Shown here piece after piece: positions 36,778 to 45,976 of a DNA stretch of 64,000 nucleotides. The notes below the pieces were generated by a model. That model worked only from the letters and a program-made list of their open reading frames with translations, had not been told where the DNA came from and searched no databases. The translations under genes were made by a program, and so were the position numbers. How positions within the stretch are numbered: position 1 is the first letter of the stretch; every line of letters begins with the position of its first letter. The DNA comes from Minisyncoccota bacterium (GTDB taxonomy: Bacteria > Patescibacteriota > Minisyncoccia > UBA6257 > 2-01-FULL-56-20): positions 246 through 64,245 of the forward strand of contig DATCDU010000020.1 in NCBI GenBank assembly GCA_036510525.1. Reading direction: 5' to 3'.

Positions 36778-37641
36778 TTATTGTTTAATACAAATATAAT
36801 CTCCTTTTCTAACGATAAAACCTTCCCGTTCGAGGCCGCCGAGGACTTTTATAAATCTTTCTGATGTAGCCGCAACAATTCTCAACACCTTATCAATGCT
36901 CATTTTATTCTTTTTCGCGGCCAGGATCGAGCGCACGATCTTTCCCCGTAGCTCCCGGTCGGATCCCGCAAAGGCGGTCTGTTTTTTATAGTGCGCGCTC
37001 CGGTGATTGGGGTTCACATGGTTCATCGGCGCGCCTGTGGCCTGCATCACTGCTCCGTAATCCATGAGCGCCCAATACCATTCCCGCGGATTCTTCTTAT
37101 CAATGCTACTCTCGATATAACGTTCCAACTCCGCATCCGTTACCTTCCGACGTTTTGGAAAGAAAAAATGGATGAACACACGGCGGATGTTCGTCTCTAT
37201 GAACACTTCCGGCTTGTTGAACGCGAACGCCATGAGCGAGCCCGATGTTCCCTTCCCAATGCCAGGCAACGTCTCAAGCACTGCGCGATCGCATGGCAAT
37301 CGACCGTCATATTGTTTAACGACGATCTCCGCAGCGCGCTTCAAGAACATCGCGCGGCGATTGTAGCCGAGTCCCTGCCACGCTTTCAGCACATCACCAT
37401 TTTTTGCCCGGGCAAGCTTGCGGAAATCCGGAAATTGTTTGAGAAATTTTTTATAGTATCCCTCCACGCGCGAGACCTGCGTCTGCTGGAGCATGATCTC
37501 GGAGACCAGGATCGCATAGGGATCCCGCGTGTGGCGCCATGGGAGCGCCCCACGCCCGGCGCGGCGGTAATGCGCCCGGATCGTCCTCTTAAAGTCGCCG
37601 ACGGCCCTCATTTGAGACATTAAATCTATATTAACCGCCAT
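36778..37641 (-). CDS. mutY: HhH-GPD adenine DNA glycosylase (MutY-like, no C-terminal Nudix domain)
   Basis: DPYAILVSEIMLQQTQV ... GLGYNRRAMFLKRAA HhH-GPD pattern. Confidence 0.65.
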   Translation of the reverse strand: MAVNIDLMSQMRAVGDFKRTIRAHYRRAGRGALPWRHTRDPYAILVSEIMLQQTQVSRVEGYYKKFLKQFPDFRKLARAKNGDVLKAWQGLGYNRRAMFLKRAAEIVVKQYDGRLPCDRAVLETLPGIGKGTSGSLMAFAFNKPEVFIETNIRRVFIHFFFPKRRKVTDAELERYIESSIDKKNPREWYWALMDYGAVMQATGAPMNHVNPNHRSAHYKKQTAFAGSDRELRGKIVRSILAAKKNKMSIDKVLRIVAATSERFIKVLGGLEREGFIVRKGDYICIKQ

Positions 37642-37745
37642 TTGCGCTTTTGGGAAAGCGTATGGTATAGTGATTGCGATGTAAGTGTTCTTAGTAAGTT
37701 TCCACTGAGGAGAAGCAGGTCGCCTTACACATCATTAGCAATTGA

Positions 37746-38057
37746 ATGGCTACAAAATTATACGTTGGAGGTTTACCGTACTCGACGACTCAGGACGAGC
37801 TCCAGACAGCGTTCGCTAAGGCGGGCGCAGTTGTGTCTACGAGCATCATCATGGACAAGATGACCGGCCGCTCGCGCGGTTTCGGTTTCGTCGAGATGGG
37901 TTCCGATGACGATGCGCAGAAAGCGATCGAAATGTGGAACGGCCAAGACTTCGATGGGCGCAAGCTCACCGTGAACGAGGCCAAGCCTCTCGAAGCCCGT
38001 CCTCCTCGCCGCGAAGGCGGCTTTGGCGGTGGCGGTGGCGGACGCGACTGGCAGTAA
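37746..38057 (+). CDS. RRM-type RNA-binding protein with Gly-rich tail
   Basis: RNP-2 KLYVGGL and RNP-1 RGFGFVEM; ~90-nt 5' UTR. Confidence 0.85.
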   Translation: MATKLYVGGLPYSTTQDELQTAFAKAGAVVSTSIIMDKMTGRSRGFGFVEMGSDDDAQKAIEMWNGQDFDGRKLTVNEAKPLEARPPRREGGFGGGGGGRDWQ

Positions 38058-38078
38058 ATCGCCGGTTTGTTAACCTCA

Positions 38079-38106
38079 AAAATACCCCCGAAGGGGTATT
38101 TTTGTT
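38079..38106 (+). terminator. Intrinsic terminator after the RRM gene
   Basis: aaaatacccc-cgaa-ggggtatttt-tg. Confidence 0.7.
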
Positions 38107-38136
38107 TCACTCGTAATCAGAGTAAAATCTATCTAT

Positions 38137-39189
38137 ATGGAGATTGCGCTTCTCATCATCATCGCCGTCCTCTTCGCCGCGATCGCGTGGCGGCTTTGGC
38201 GGCCCTCGGTGGCCAAGAAAGAAGACACAGGGGCTCTTGTTATTCTTCAAAACCAGATTCAAGATCAACAAAAGCAGATGCAACAGCAAATGCAGGAACT
38301 TACCAGGACCCTTAACGCGGGATTGAATAATTCTACGAACACCGTCCTCTCACAAGCCAGCGAAAACAATAAAATAATAAAAGATATAACGGGCGAAATT
38401 ACCAAAGTAACAGAGGGTCAGAAACAGATCACCGCCATTACCGAACAATTAAAAAACCTTAACGATGTTTTAAAGAACACTAAGCAGCGCGGTATTTTAG
38501 GAGAATCTCTTTTGCAAAACACCCTTGAAAATGCCCTTTCTCCAGGGCAGTACCAATTGCAATATCCATTCAGTGATAATTCAAAGGTGGATGCAGTGAT
38601 TTTTTATCAAGAAAAAGTGATACCTATCGACTCAAAATTCAGTATGGAAAACTATAACCGGCTCGCCAGCCCGACAATAACTGATGAGGAGAAAAAACGA
38701 TACACGGATGCGTTGCGTGCGGATCTAAAAACTCGAATCGATGAGACCGCAAAATATATAAAGCCGAGTGAAAACACGGTTGATTTTGCATTTATGTTCA
38801 TCCCTTTTGAAGCCCTTTATTATGATCTTCTTGTTAATAAGATCGGCATGACCGCTGAGCGCGACCTCATTCAATATGCAGGGGAGAAACATGTGTATCC
38901 CGTGTCCCCTACAACATTCTATGTTTATCTTCAAATGGTTATTCAAGGTCTTCGTCAAATGCAAATCAATAAGTCAGCCCAGCAAATCATTAAAGGGGTG
39001 GACGAACTTCAGCGTCATCTTAATAAATATGAAGAATACCTCGAAAAAATCGGTACTCATCTTCAAACAACCGTGAATGCACACACCACCGCTTCAAAGG
39101 AATTCGGCAAGATTGAAAAGGATATTTTAAGAATCGGGAAAATACCCGGAGAAACTCCTGCGCTCACAGAAGGATCCGAAGGGGAATAA
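38137..39189 (+). CDS. rmuC: DNA recombination protein RmuC
   Basis: N-terminal TM, long coiled coil, RmuC core (KQRGILGESLLQNTLE...). Confidence 0.8.
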   Translation: MEIALLIIIAVLFAAIAWRLWRPSVAKKEDTGALVILQNQIQDQQKQMQQQMQELTRTLNAGLNNSTNTVLSQASENNKIIKDITGEITKVTEGQKQITAITEQLKNLNDVLKNTKQRGILGESLLQNTLENALSPGQYQLQYPFSDNSKVDAVIFYQEKVIPIDSKFSMENYNRLASPTITDEEKKRYTDALRADLKTRIDETAKYIKPSENTVDFAFMFIPFEALYYDLLVNKIGMTAERDLIQYAGEKHVYPVSPTTFYVYLQMVIQGLRQMQINKSAQQIIKGVDELQRHLNKYEEYLEKIGTHLQTTVNAHTTASKEFGKIEKDILRIGKIPGETPALTEGSEGE

Positions 39190-39191
39190 TA

Positions 39192-40526
39192 CTAGCGCTT
39201 CCTTCTCCTCAAGAATGCCGGGATGTCCCACGCGTCATTGTCCTTTCCTGCCTGCTTTGCCGGTTCCGGCTTCTTATCCAAATTGCTCGGCGCAAGGTTC
39301 TTTTGCGCCATCATTTCGTCTGCCGATTCCTCACCACGGGCGTGGACGACGGGGGTCTTCGCGCTCGTGCCCGGTTCGCGCATAGGCGTGGATTGCTTGT
39401 TGACGATCATCGAGGCACCGCCGCTCGCGCTGGCCGATCCTTCGGCGGCCGCGCGGCCGAACATAACGCCGCCCTGCCTGCCCTCAAAATGTCCGGCGCC
39501 AAAGAGCGCGCCCGGCTGGCTGCCGTTGAAGCCTGCGGCTACGATCGTCACTTTGAGCTCGCCCGGCTTCATGTTGCGGTCGTGGTAAGCGCCGAAGATG
39601 ATCCGCGCGCCAGGGTCGGCGGTCTGCGCGACGATCTTTGCCGCATCGTTCACCTCCGTCATCCTGAGATCGCGGCTGCCCGTGATGCCGAGCAACACCG
39701 CTTTTGCACCTTCGGGGTTCGTCTCGAGGAGCGGCGAATGGAGCGCGGCGTTGACGGCTTTCACCGCACGGTCCGGGCCGCTCGCTTTGCCAACGCCGAC
39801 GATCGCGATTCCCGCATCCTGCATAATATTTTTCACGTCAGCGAAATCCACGTTGATGATACCCGGCATCGCGATGATTTCCACGAGACCCTTCAGCGCG
39901 TTGCGCAAAATTTCGTCGATCGCCTCAAACGCCTTCACGATCGGCGTATCCTTGCTGATGACGGTGAAGATCCGATCATTCGGCACGACGATGATCGCGT
40001 CCACTTTATCGCGCAACTTCATCAAGCTCTCATTTGCGATCCGCTCGCGCTGACTGCCTTCAAAGGTGAACGGCTTCGTGACGACCGCGATGGTGAGCGC
40101 GCCCGATTGCTTCGCCGCTTCGGCGACGATCGGCGTCGCGCCGGAGCCGGTGCCGCCGCCAAGTCCCGCGGCGAGGAACACAAGGTCCGCGCCCTGAACC
40201 GCTTCTGTGATCTCCGAGCGATTCTCTTCCGCAGCCTGGCGGCCAAGATCCGGATTCATGCCGGTTCCCAATCCACGCGTCAAACTTTTTCCAATATACA
40301 ATTTTGTCTTGACGTCACACTCATCCAAATCCTGATGGTCTGTGTTGATCGCGATGAAATCAACGCCGCGCGTGAAATCCTTCGCCATGCGCGCGACTGC
40401 GTTCCCGCCGCCGCCGCCGATGCCGATCACCTTTACGTTTGCTGATAACGGCTGAAACTTCTCACCTTGTTTTCTCGGTCTGCTGCTGCTCCCCGACCGA
40501 TGTGCTTTGCGCTTGGCCTTTTTCAT
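39192..40526 (-). CDS. ftsZ: Cell division GTPase FtsZ (with basic N-terminal extension and long C-terminal linker)
   Basis: VIGIGGGGGNAV tubulin signature. Confidence 0.9.
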   Translation of the reverse strand: MKKAKRKAHRSGSSSRPRKQGEKFQPLSANVKVIGIGGGGGNAVARMAKDFTRGVDFIAINTDHQDLDECDVKTKLYIGKSLTRGLGTGMNPDLGRQAAEENRSEITEAVQGADLVFLAAGLGGGTGSGATPIVAEAAKQSGALTIAVVTKPFTFEGSQRERIANESLMKLRDKVDAIIVVPNDRIFTVISKDTPIVKAFEAIDEILRNALKGLVEIIAMPGIINVDFADVKNIMQDAGIAIVGVGKASGPDRAVKAVNAALHSPLLETNPEGAKAVLLGITGSRDLRMTEVNDAAKIVAQTADPGARIIFGAYHDRNMKPGELKVTIVAAGFNGSQPGALFGAGHFEGRQGGVMFGRAAAEGSASASGGASMIVNKQSTPMREPGTSAKTPVVHARGEESADEMMAQKNLAPSNLDKKPEPAKQAGKDNDAWDIPAFLRRRKR

Positions 40527-40592
40527 ATTAGTTCATGGAGTTTTAATGTTTCTACAATGGTAACAGAAATGACATCAATGGTTAAGTGCCAA

Positions 40593-41840
40593 TTACGGCG
40601 TAAAATAGCGGAAGAACTTCTTGAGGCCGGCGCCCGACGGCGTCCTGTCCCCGCCCCTGCCCTCGCTCTCCATTCCCCATAAAACAAGGCCAAAAGCGCT
40701 CACGAACTCCGGGTCTTCCAGATACTCCTTGAATCCACCGCCACGCCCTTCCCACTCATCGGCAAGCGTGAAGCCGATCTGCGCCGCCAACTTCATTTCT
40801 TGCTTGACGAGATCCGTAAGGCCCGGCAATTTCGCGCCGCCACCGACGAGCACCACGCCACCGGGCAGTTGTCCGAATTTCTCCATGAGCTTCAGCTCGT
40901 TGTTCACGAGATCAAAAATTTCCTCAAGCCGCGATTCCACGATCTCCGCGATGAACTTGCGCGAGACGGAACCCTTCGCGTCGTCGGCAAACTTTTTCAT
41001 ATCAACCGATTCCTTCGACGGCACTTCCTTTGAATATGCATATCCGTAATGGATCTTTATTTCCTCCGCCGCGTCAACAGGAACTTTCAACCCCACCGCG
41101 AGGTCGTTTGAAATATTTGCCGCGCCGACAGGGAATTTTGATACGCCGACCAGACGATCCTCTTCGTATACCGCGAGTCCGGTCGTGCCGAATCCGAGAT
41201 CTACGATCGCGGTGCCGAGATCGCGCTGGCGTTTGGATAGCGCAGCCTGCGCGGCGATGATCGGACCATAGCCAAGGCCGCTGATGTCGCCGCCAGAAAG
41301 TTCGATCGCGCGGATGAGCGTCTTGATATGCGGCGCAAACGCATCAATGATCAAGCTCTGCACTTCGAGACGGCTTCCGGAGAGTCCGAGCGGGTCGAGG
41401 ATATCTCCCACGCCGTCCACCATATATTCCTTCACGATCGTGTGGACGATAGTGCGATTCTGTGGGAGGTTCACCGCCTGGCTTGCACGGACGGCGCGGT
41501 CCATGTCGTCCTTCGCGATCTCCGCGTCCGCGCGCGAGACGGCGACGATGCCCCGCGAGGTCTGCATTTTGGCCTGCGGCGTGCCAATGCTCACATAAAT
41601 ATTGCGCAACGCCGCCTTTGAGATCTTTTTAACTTCCGAAAGCGCGCGATTGATCGCCTGCGAGGCCTCGCCAAGGTCAACGACAGCGCCTTTACGAATA
41701 CCAAACGACGGCTCCTCCCGGGCATACACAATAACGGGCTTGGCGTTGCGGCATTCCGCCACTACAATTTTGAGTGACGAAGTTCCCACGTCCAATCCCG
41801 TGATGAAATCCCCGCCTCCACCGATTCCCTTGAGCTTCAT
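40593..41840 (-). CDS. ftsA: Cell division protein FtsA
   Basis: Actin-like ATPase (GLDVGTSSLKIVVAE...). Confidence 0.9.
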   Translation of the reverse strand: MKLKGIGGGGDFITGLDVGTSSLKIVVAECRNAKPVIVYAREEPSFGIRKGAVVDLGEASQAINRALSEVKKISKAALRNIYVSIGTPQAKMQTSRGIVAVSRADAEIAKDDMDRAVRASQAVNLPQNRTIVHTIVKEYMVDGVGDILDPLGLSGSRLEVQSLIIDAFAPHIKTLIRAIELSGGDISGLGYGPIIAAQAALSKRQRDLGTAIVDLGFGTTGLAVYEEDRLVGVSKFPVGAANISNDLAVGLKVPVDAAEEIKIHYGYAYSKEVPSKESVDMKKFADDAKGSVSRKFIAEIVESRLEEIFDLVNNELKLMEKFGQLPGGVVLVGGGAKLPGLTDLVKQEMKLAAQIGFTLADEWEGRGGGFKEYLEDPEFVSAFGLVLWGMESEGRGGDRTPSGAGLKKFFRYFTP

Positions 41841-41994
41841 ATGCTCTCATTCTATCAAGAAAACCCGGCTAAAGGAACTGTGTATACCTTACCGGTCAAC
41901 GTTGGCACGGAACCTCAATTTGACATTCATAGAGCACCGAGTACTATGGATATCAAGCTGGCAAGATGACGGGTGCCGCGAGCACCATTAAACA

Positions 41995-42024
41995 AAATCC
42001 GCTTGAAAGAGCGGTTTTTGTTTT
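41995..42024 (-). terminator. Hairpin plus T/A-run between ybeY and ftsA (terminator for ybeY)
   Basis: ccgct-tgaaag-agcgg flanked by aaaacaaaa / tttttgtttt. Confidence 0.4.
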
Positions 42025-42029
42025 CTTGC

Positions 42030-42431
42030 TTATAGTTTCGCCAAAATCTTTTTCTCCAATCCCTCCATTTTCACTATATCTGACTTCTTTTTATGATCGT
42101 ATCCAAGCAGGTGCAGGACGCCATGCAGTAATAGACCTTTCGCACGCCCCGGCGATTTTTTTAGAATGTCACGGTTCAGGTAGACTTCACCCAGATATCT
42201 CTTTTTTGTCTCGGGATGTGGAAAGTGCGCGGGCTCGGGGAATGAGAGCACATTCGGCTCCGTACGCTGCTTTATAAAGCGCGCCTTCAGTGCTGCGATC
42301 TTTACATTGTTCAAAAGTATAATATCCAAAGTCGCGCCGTGAATCTTGAGCGTCTTCAGAATCTTTTGCGCCAGGCGCGAAAGCTTAGGCTCGTTCCACA
42401 TCGCGGATGACGTCCCCCACTGCCTTACCAT
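42030..42431 (-). CDS. ybeY: rRNA maturation RNase YbeY
   Basis: HGVLHLLGYDH zinc-binding motif. Confidence 0.8.
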   Translation of the reverse strand: MVRQWGTSSAMWNEPKLSRLAQKILKTLKIHGATLDIILLNNVKIAALKARFIKQRTEPNVLSFPEPAHFPHPETKKRYLGEVYLNRDILKKSPGRAKGLLLHGVLHLLGYDHKKKSDIVKMEGLEKKILAKL

Positions 42432-42834
42432 CGGCGCGTCCTTTTGCGAGCTTCATCACTTCTTTCATGATCGAGCTAAAGTCATTCGCACCATTCTCTT
42501 TTGCCGCCTTCACCATTGCGACGATCTCGTCATGCGAAAGCTCTGCGGGTAAATATTCAAAGAGCACTTTCAGATCACCCTCTTCTTTCGCTACCAGGTC
42601 GTCGCGCTTTCCCTGCTTAAAGAGCTCTATCGAATCCTTGCGCTTCTTGGCTTCTTTTTGGAGGATCGTTATCACTTCTTCATCGCTCAACGTTGCCTGC
42701 GGATCCTTCAGCGTCTTTTCTTTCTGCGCAGGGTTCAAACTGGCGAGAGTAAAACGCAACACCTCAAGGCGCGTCTTATCACCGCTTTTCATGGCGGCCT
42801 TCATGTCATCGTTTATTTTTTGGAAGAGGGGCAT
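42385..42834 (-). CDS. GatB/YqeY-domain protein
   Basis: YqeY-like KAAMKSGDKTRLEVLRFTL. Confidence 0.7.
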   Translation of the reverse strand: MPLFQKINDDMKAAMKSGDKTRLEVLRFTLASLNPAQKEKTLKDPQATLSDEEVITILQKEAKKRKDSIELFKQGKRDDLVAKEEGDLKVLFEYLPAELSHDEIVAMVKAAKENGANDFSSIMKEVMKLAKGRADGKAVGDVIRDVERA

Positions 42835-43050
42835 TTATATCAAACCAAGCTTCTTCTGGCGTTCCACATCGGCCTTCTTTTCCTCGCGGTGGATCGCCGA
42901 GGAGCGGCGCTTGATGCGGCTGATCGTCCGGGTGTGGAACTTGCGATGGCGGACCTCTTTAACGATGCCGCTCCGCTTCACTTTGCGCGTGAAGGTATAC
43001 AAAAGCGACTGGCCCGACTCCCCTTCTTTCTTCCGTGCTTCTATTGCCAT
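42835..43050 (-). CDS. rpsU: 30S ribosomal protein S21
   Basis: VKRSGIVKEVRHRKFHTRTISRIKRR resembles S21; start set at MAIEAR (43050) rather than the upstream M. Confidence 0.65.
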   Translation of the reverse strand: MAIEARKKEGESGQSLLYTFTRKVKRSGIVKEVRHRKFHTRTISRIKRRSSAIHREEKKADVERQKKLGLI

Positions 43051-43171
43051 GGAAGACAGTATATCCAATAAGAAGCACCTTTGCAAGTAGACGAGGACGA
43101 GTGCCTAAAAATCATTAAATATCGATTAAAAACTTTTTGACATTCGTACTGCGCGACGTATCCTTAGTGGC

Positions 43172-43492
43172 ATGATAAAAACAAAAAGGAAGGGTGATGA
43201 AATGGTCACGAAGGAAATGTTCCAGAAAGTCTTTCATAAGGGAATCGGCGATCTTGCGATCCTTATTAACAAGAGCTTCGTCGGGATAGAATCCCGTATG
43301 GCTAAGCAGGAGGACCTGCTTGAACTCACGAGGCGAGTGGATAAATTGGAAAAATATGCGGAAAACCGTTTTGACGATCTTGCGCGCGAATTGAGAGAGA
43401 TCCGTCACGAAATTAAGGAGGTGGACACTCGCGCAGATGTCGTGGATTTACAACTCCGCGTCAATAAACTAGAGAAGAAAATGGGCATGTAG
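43172..43492 (+). CDS. Coiled-coil hypothetical protein
   Basis: 106-aa ORF; competes with antisense ORF 43115-43408. Confidence 0.3.
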   Translation: MIKTKRKGDEMVTKEMFQKVFHKGIGDLAILINKSFVGIESRMAKQEDLLELTRRVDKLEKYAENRFDDLARELREIRHEIKEVDTRADVVDLQLRVNKLEKKMGM

Positions 43493-43506
43493 AAATAAGT
43501 GCACGG

Positions 43507-44829
43507 TTATTTCTGCCGCTTTTTTATTTCCTCCGCCAGCTTCTCCAGTGGCACGGCTTCCTGTAAACCGTTCACGAGGTCACGGACGATGATGCTGTTC
43601 TCGTAGATCTCCTTCTGGCCAAGGATCAGCGCGAGCGCGATCCCTTCACGGTCCGCCACTTTCAACTGCGCGGCGAGCGATTCCTTCGAGAGCGACTCGG
43701 ACACCAAAAATCCGCGGCCGCGAAGATCCTTCAAAATAGCGAACGCTTTTTTCTTGGCAAGGTCGCCCGCGTGCGCGAGGAATACGCGCTTGCCGGACTT
43801 CCCATTCATCGGGATCTCCTTGGCGCGCATGACGGCGATCAGCCGCTCCACGCCGCACGCGCCGCCGACGGCGGGCGTCAGGTGGCCACCGATCGTTTCC
43901 ATAAGATAGTCGTAGCGGCCGCCGGCAGGCAGGGCGCCGATCTGCGCCTCGGTCCCTTCGGCGTACATCTCGAACACCGTGCGGCTGTAGTAGTCCAACC
44001 CGCGCACCAGATGATGGTCAAGCTCGTACGGAATGTTCACTTCGTCCAGATATTCCAGCACCAATTTGAAGTGCGCGCTGCAGGTCACGCAGATCTTGTC
44101 GAGAAAATTCGGCGCTTTCGCTTTCAGCTCGACACACCCGGGTTCTTTGCAATCCAACAGTTTGAGCGGGTTGACCTTCAACCGGCGCTGACAATCCTCG
44201 CAGAGCTGTTTTTCATGATTCTTATAATAGGTCGTGAGCTGCTTTTTATAGATCGGGCGGCAGATGCGGCAGCCGATCGAATTGATCTTTACAAGCGATC
44301 CTTTGATCTTGAGCTCGTTCAGTAAGTCCCAAAAAAATGCGATGATCTCCGCATCGTAGATCGGATCATTCACGCCGCCCAGCGTCTCAAGATTGATTTG
44401 AGTGAACTGCCGCAGGCGGCCGAGTTGGGGACGCTCGTGGCGGAAGAGTGGTCCCATCGCAAACAGTTTCTGTGGCTGGCCAAGCCGCGAGAGCCCGTGC
44501 TGCATGTACGCGCGCGAAATGCCCGGCGTGTATTCCGGCCGCAGCGCCAGAAAATCGCCGCCCTTTGTTTTGAGCGTATACATCTCTTTTTGCACCACGT
44601 CGCTCTCCTCACCCGAGGTCTTATTATAGAGCTCCGCGAACTCAAGTATCGGGGGCTCGATCCGTGAGAATCCGTATGAAGTGGCGAGTGATCGCGCCAC
44701 GCTCTCGATTTTATCCCAGTAGGGCTCGTCGGAGGGCAGCACGTCGTGCATCCCTTTCGCCGACTGGAAGGTGCGAATCACTTCCTTAGGTTCCCTAGGC
44801 TTTTCTTTTTCTTGTTTAGGTGTGGGCAT
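43507..44829 (-). CDS. hisS: Histidine--tRNA ligase
   Basis: Class II aaRS motifs; HisRS N-terminal pattern (GMHDVLPSDEPYW...). Confidence 0.9.
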   Translation of the reverse strand: MPTPKQEKEKPREPKEVIRTFQSAKGMHDVLPSDEPYWDKIESVARSLATSYGFSRIEPPILEFAELYNKTSGEESDVVQKEMYTLKTKGGDFLALRPEYTPGISRAYMQHGLSRLGQPQKLFAMGPLFRHERPQLGRLRQFTQINLETLGGVNDPIYDAEIIAFFWDLLNELKIKGSLVKINSIGCRICRPIYKKQLTTYYKNHEKQLCEDCQRRLKVNPLKLLDCKEPGCVELKAKAPNFLDKICVTCSAHFKLVLEYLDEVNIPYELDHHLVRGLDYYSRTVFEMYAEGTEAQIGALPAGGRYDYLMETIGGHLTPAVGGACGVERLIAVMRAKEIPMNGKSGKRVFLAHAGDLAKKKAFAILKDLRGRGFLVSESLSKESLAAQLKVADREGIALALILGQKEIYENSIIVRDLVNGLQEAVPLEKLAEEIKKRQK

Positions 44830-44837
44830 AATGATCG

Positions 44838-45389
44838 CTACTGATATTGAGGAGCGCTGAATATTTTGATCGCGTTGAGAGGCCAGAGGCGGAAGCGCAC
44901 GAGTCCCACGATATCACTTGCCGGGAGCGGACCCCAACTGCGGGAGTCATAGCTCACCGCGCGGTTATCGCCCATCATAAAGTACGAGCTCGATGAAAGC
45001 GTGACGGTCTCATCCCCCGCCGTGATCGTGCCCGGGGGCAGATAGGTCTCGTTCAACACGAATCCATTCGGGTTCTGCTTGTTCTCGATGGTGACCGTGT
45101 TGTTCTTGATGATCACGGTCTCGCCGGGCAGGCCGATGACGCGCTTGATAAGATAGGTGGACGGGTCGCTCACATCATGGAACACCACGACCTCACCGCG
45201 CTCCGGCGGCCGGATGCGGAAGGTCAGTTCGTCGGTCAGCACGTAATCGCCGTTGGAGAACGTGGGAACCATGCTCGTACCGCTCACGAGGAATGGCTGC
45301 ACCAAGAATGTCCGGACGATGAACACTGCCGCAACGGCAATGATGGCGATCTCCAATACCTCAAGCAGCGACGCGAAGAACTTTCTCAT
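44838..45389 (-). CDS. lepB: Signal peptidase I
   Basis: GTSMVPTF (Ser) ... YLIKRVIGLPG (Lys) ... GDNRAVSYDSR. Confidence 0.85.
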   Translation of the reverse strand: MRKFFASLLEVLEIAIIAVAAVFIVRTFLVQPFLVSGTSMVPTFSNGDYVLTDELTFRIRPPERGEVVVFHDVSDPSTYLIKRVIGLPGETVIIKNNTVTIENKQNPNGFVLNETYLPPGTITAGDETVTLSSSSYFMMGDNRAVSYDSRSWGPLPASDIVGLVRFRLWPLNAIKIFSAPQYQ

Positions 45390-45436
45390 GGGTTAAGTGT
45401 ACTCATTATATAGAAGATGTAATACAATAATCAAGC

Positions 45437-45976
45437 ATGGATCAAACACTCATTATCGGGCTCGGAAATCCCGATCCGGCACTCGAGAGCACCTACCATA
45501 ACGTGGGCACCCTTGCGGTGCAATGGATCGCAGAGCACGCGGATGTGGATGGGCCCGGAATGCCCGCACTAAAGTTCCGTGCCCACAAAGATATTTTTGA
45601 ATATGCCAAGACGAGAGACGGCATACTGATCCGGCCGCTCGTCTTCATGAACGAATCAGGTCGGGCGGTAAAGGATGCGATGCATGTTTTCGGGGCGAGC
45701 ACAAAAGATATCATCATCATCCACGACGACAGCGACATCCCGGTCGGCGAGTTCAAGCGTGCGGAGGGTGGCGGTTCGGCCGGACACAACGGCATTAATT
45801 CCATCATCGATCACCTCCATACCGAGGACTTCGCACGCATCCGCATCGGCATCCGGGAGAAGGACGAGGGGCACCGCAAAAAAGCCGGTGACTTCGTATT
45901 GTCACCCATCACCCCCGCAGACAAAAAAACCTTCGAGGAGGTTTTCGGAAAAATAGCCGTGTCGTTGCGGGGCTAG
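45437..45976 (+). CDS. pth: Peptidyl-tRNA hydrolase
   Basis: LIIGLGNPDPALESTYHNVG. Confidence 0.9.
   Translation: MDQTLIIGLGNPDPALESTYHNVGTLAVQWIAEHADVDGPGMPALKFRAHKDIFEYAKTRDGILIRPLVFMNESGRAVKDAMHVFGASTKDIIIIHDDSDIPVGEFKRAEGGGSAGHNGINSIIDHLHTEDFARIRIGIREKDEGHRKKAGDFVLSPITPADKKTFEEVFGKIAVSLRG

Noticed and set aside
43115-43408. 97-aa minus-strand ORF overlapping the 106-aa plus-strand coiled-coil ORF
   Set aside because: Cannot decide from sequence alone; kept the plus-strand one at low confidence because of its regular heptad-like pattern.
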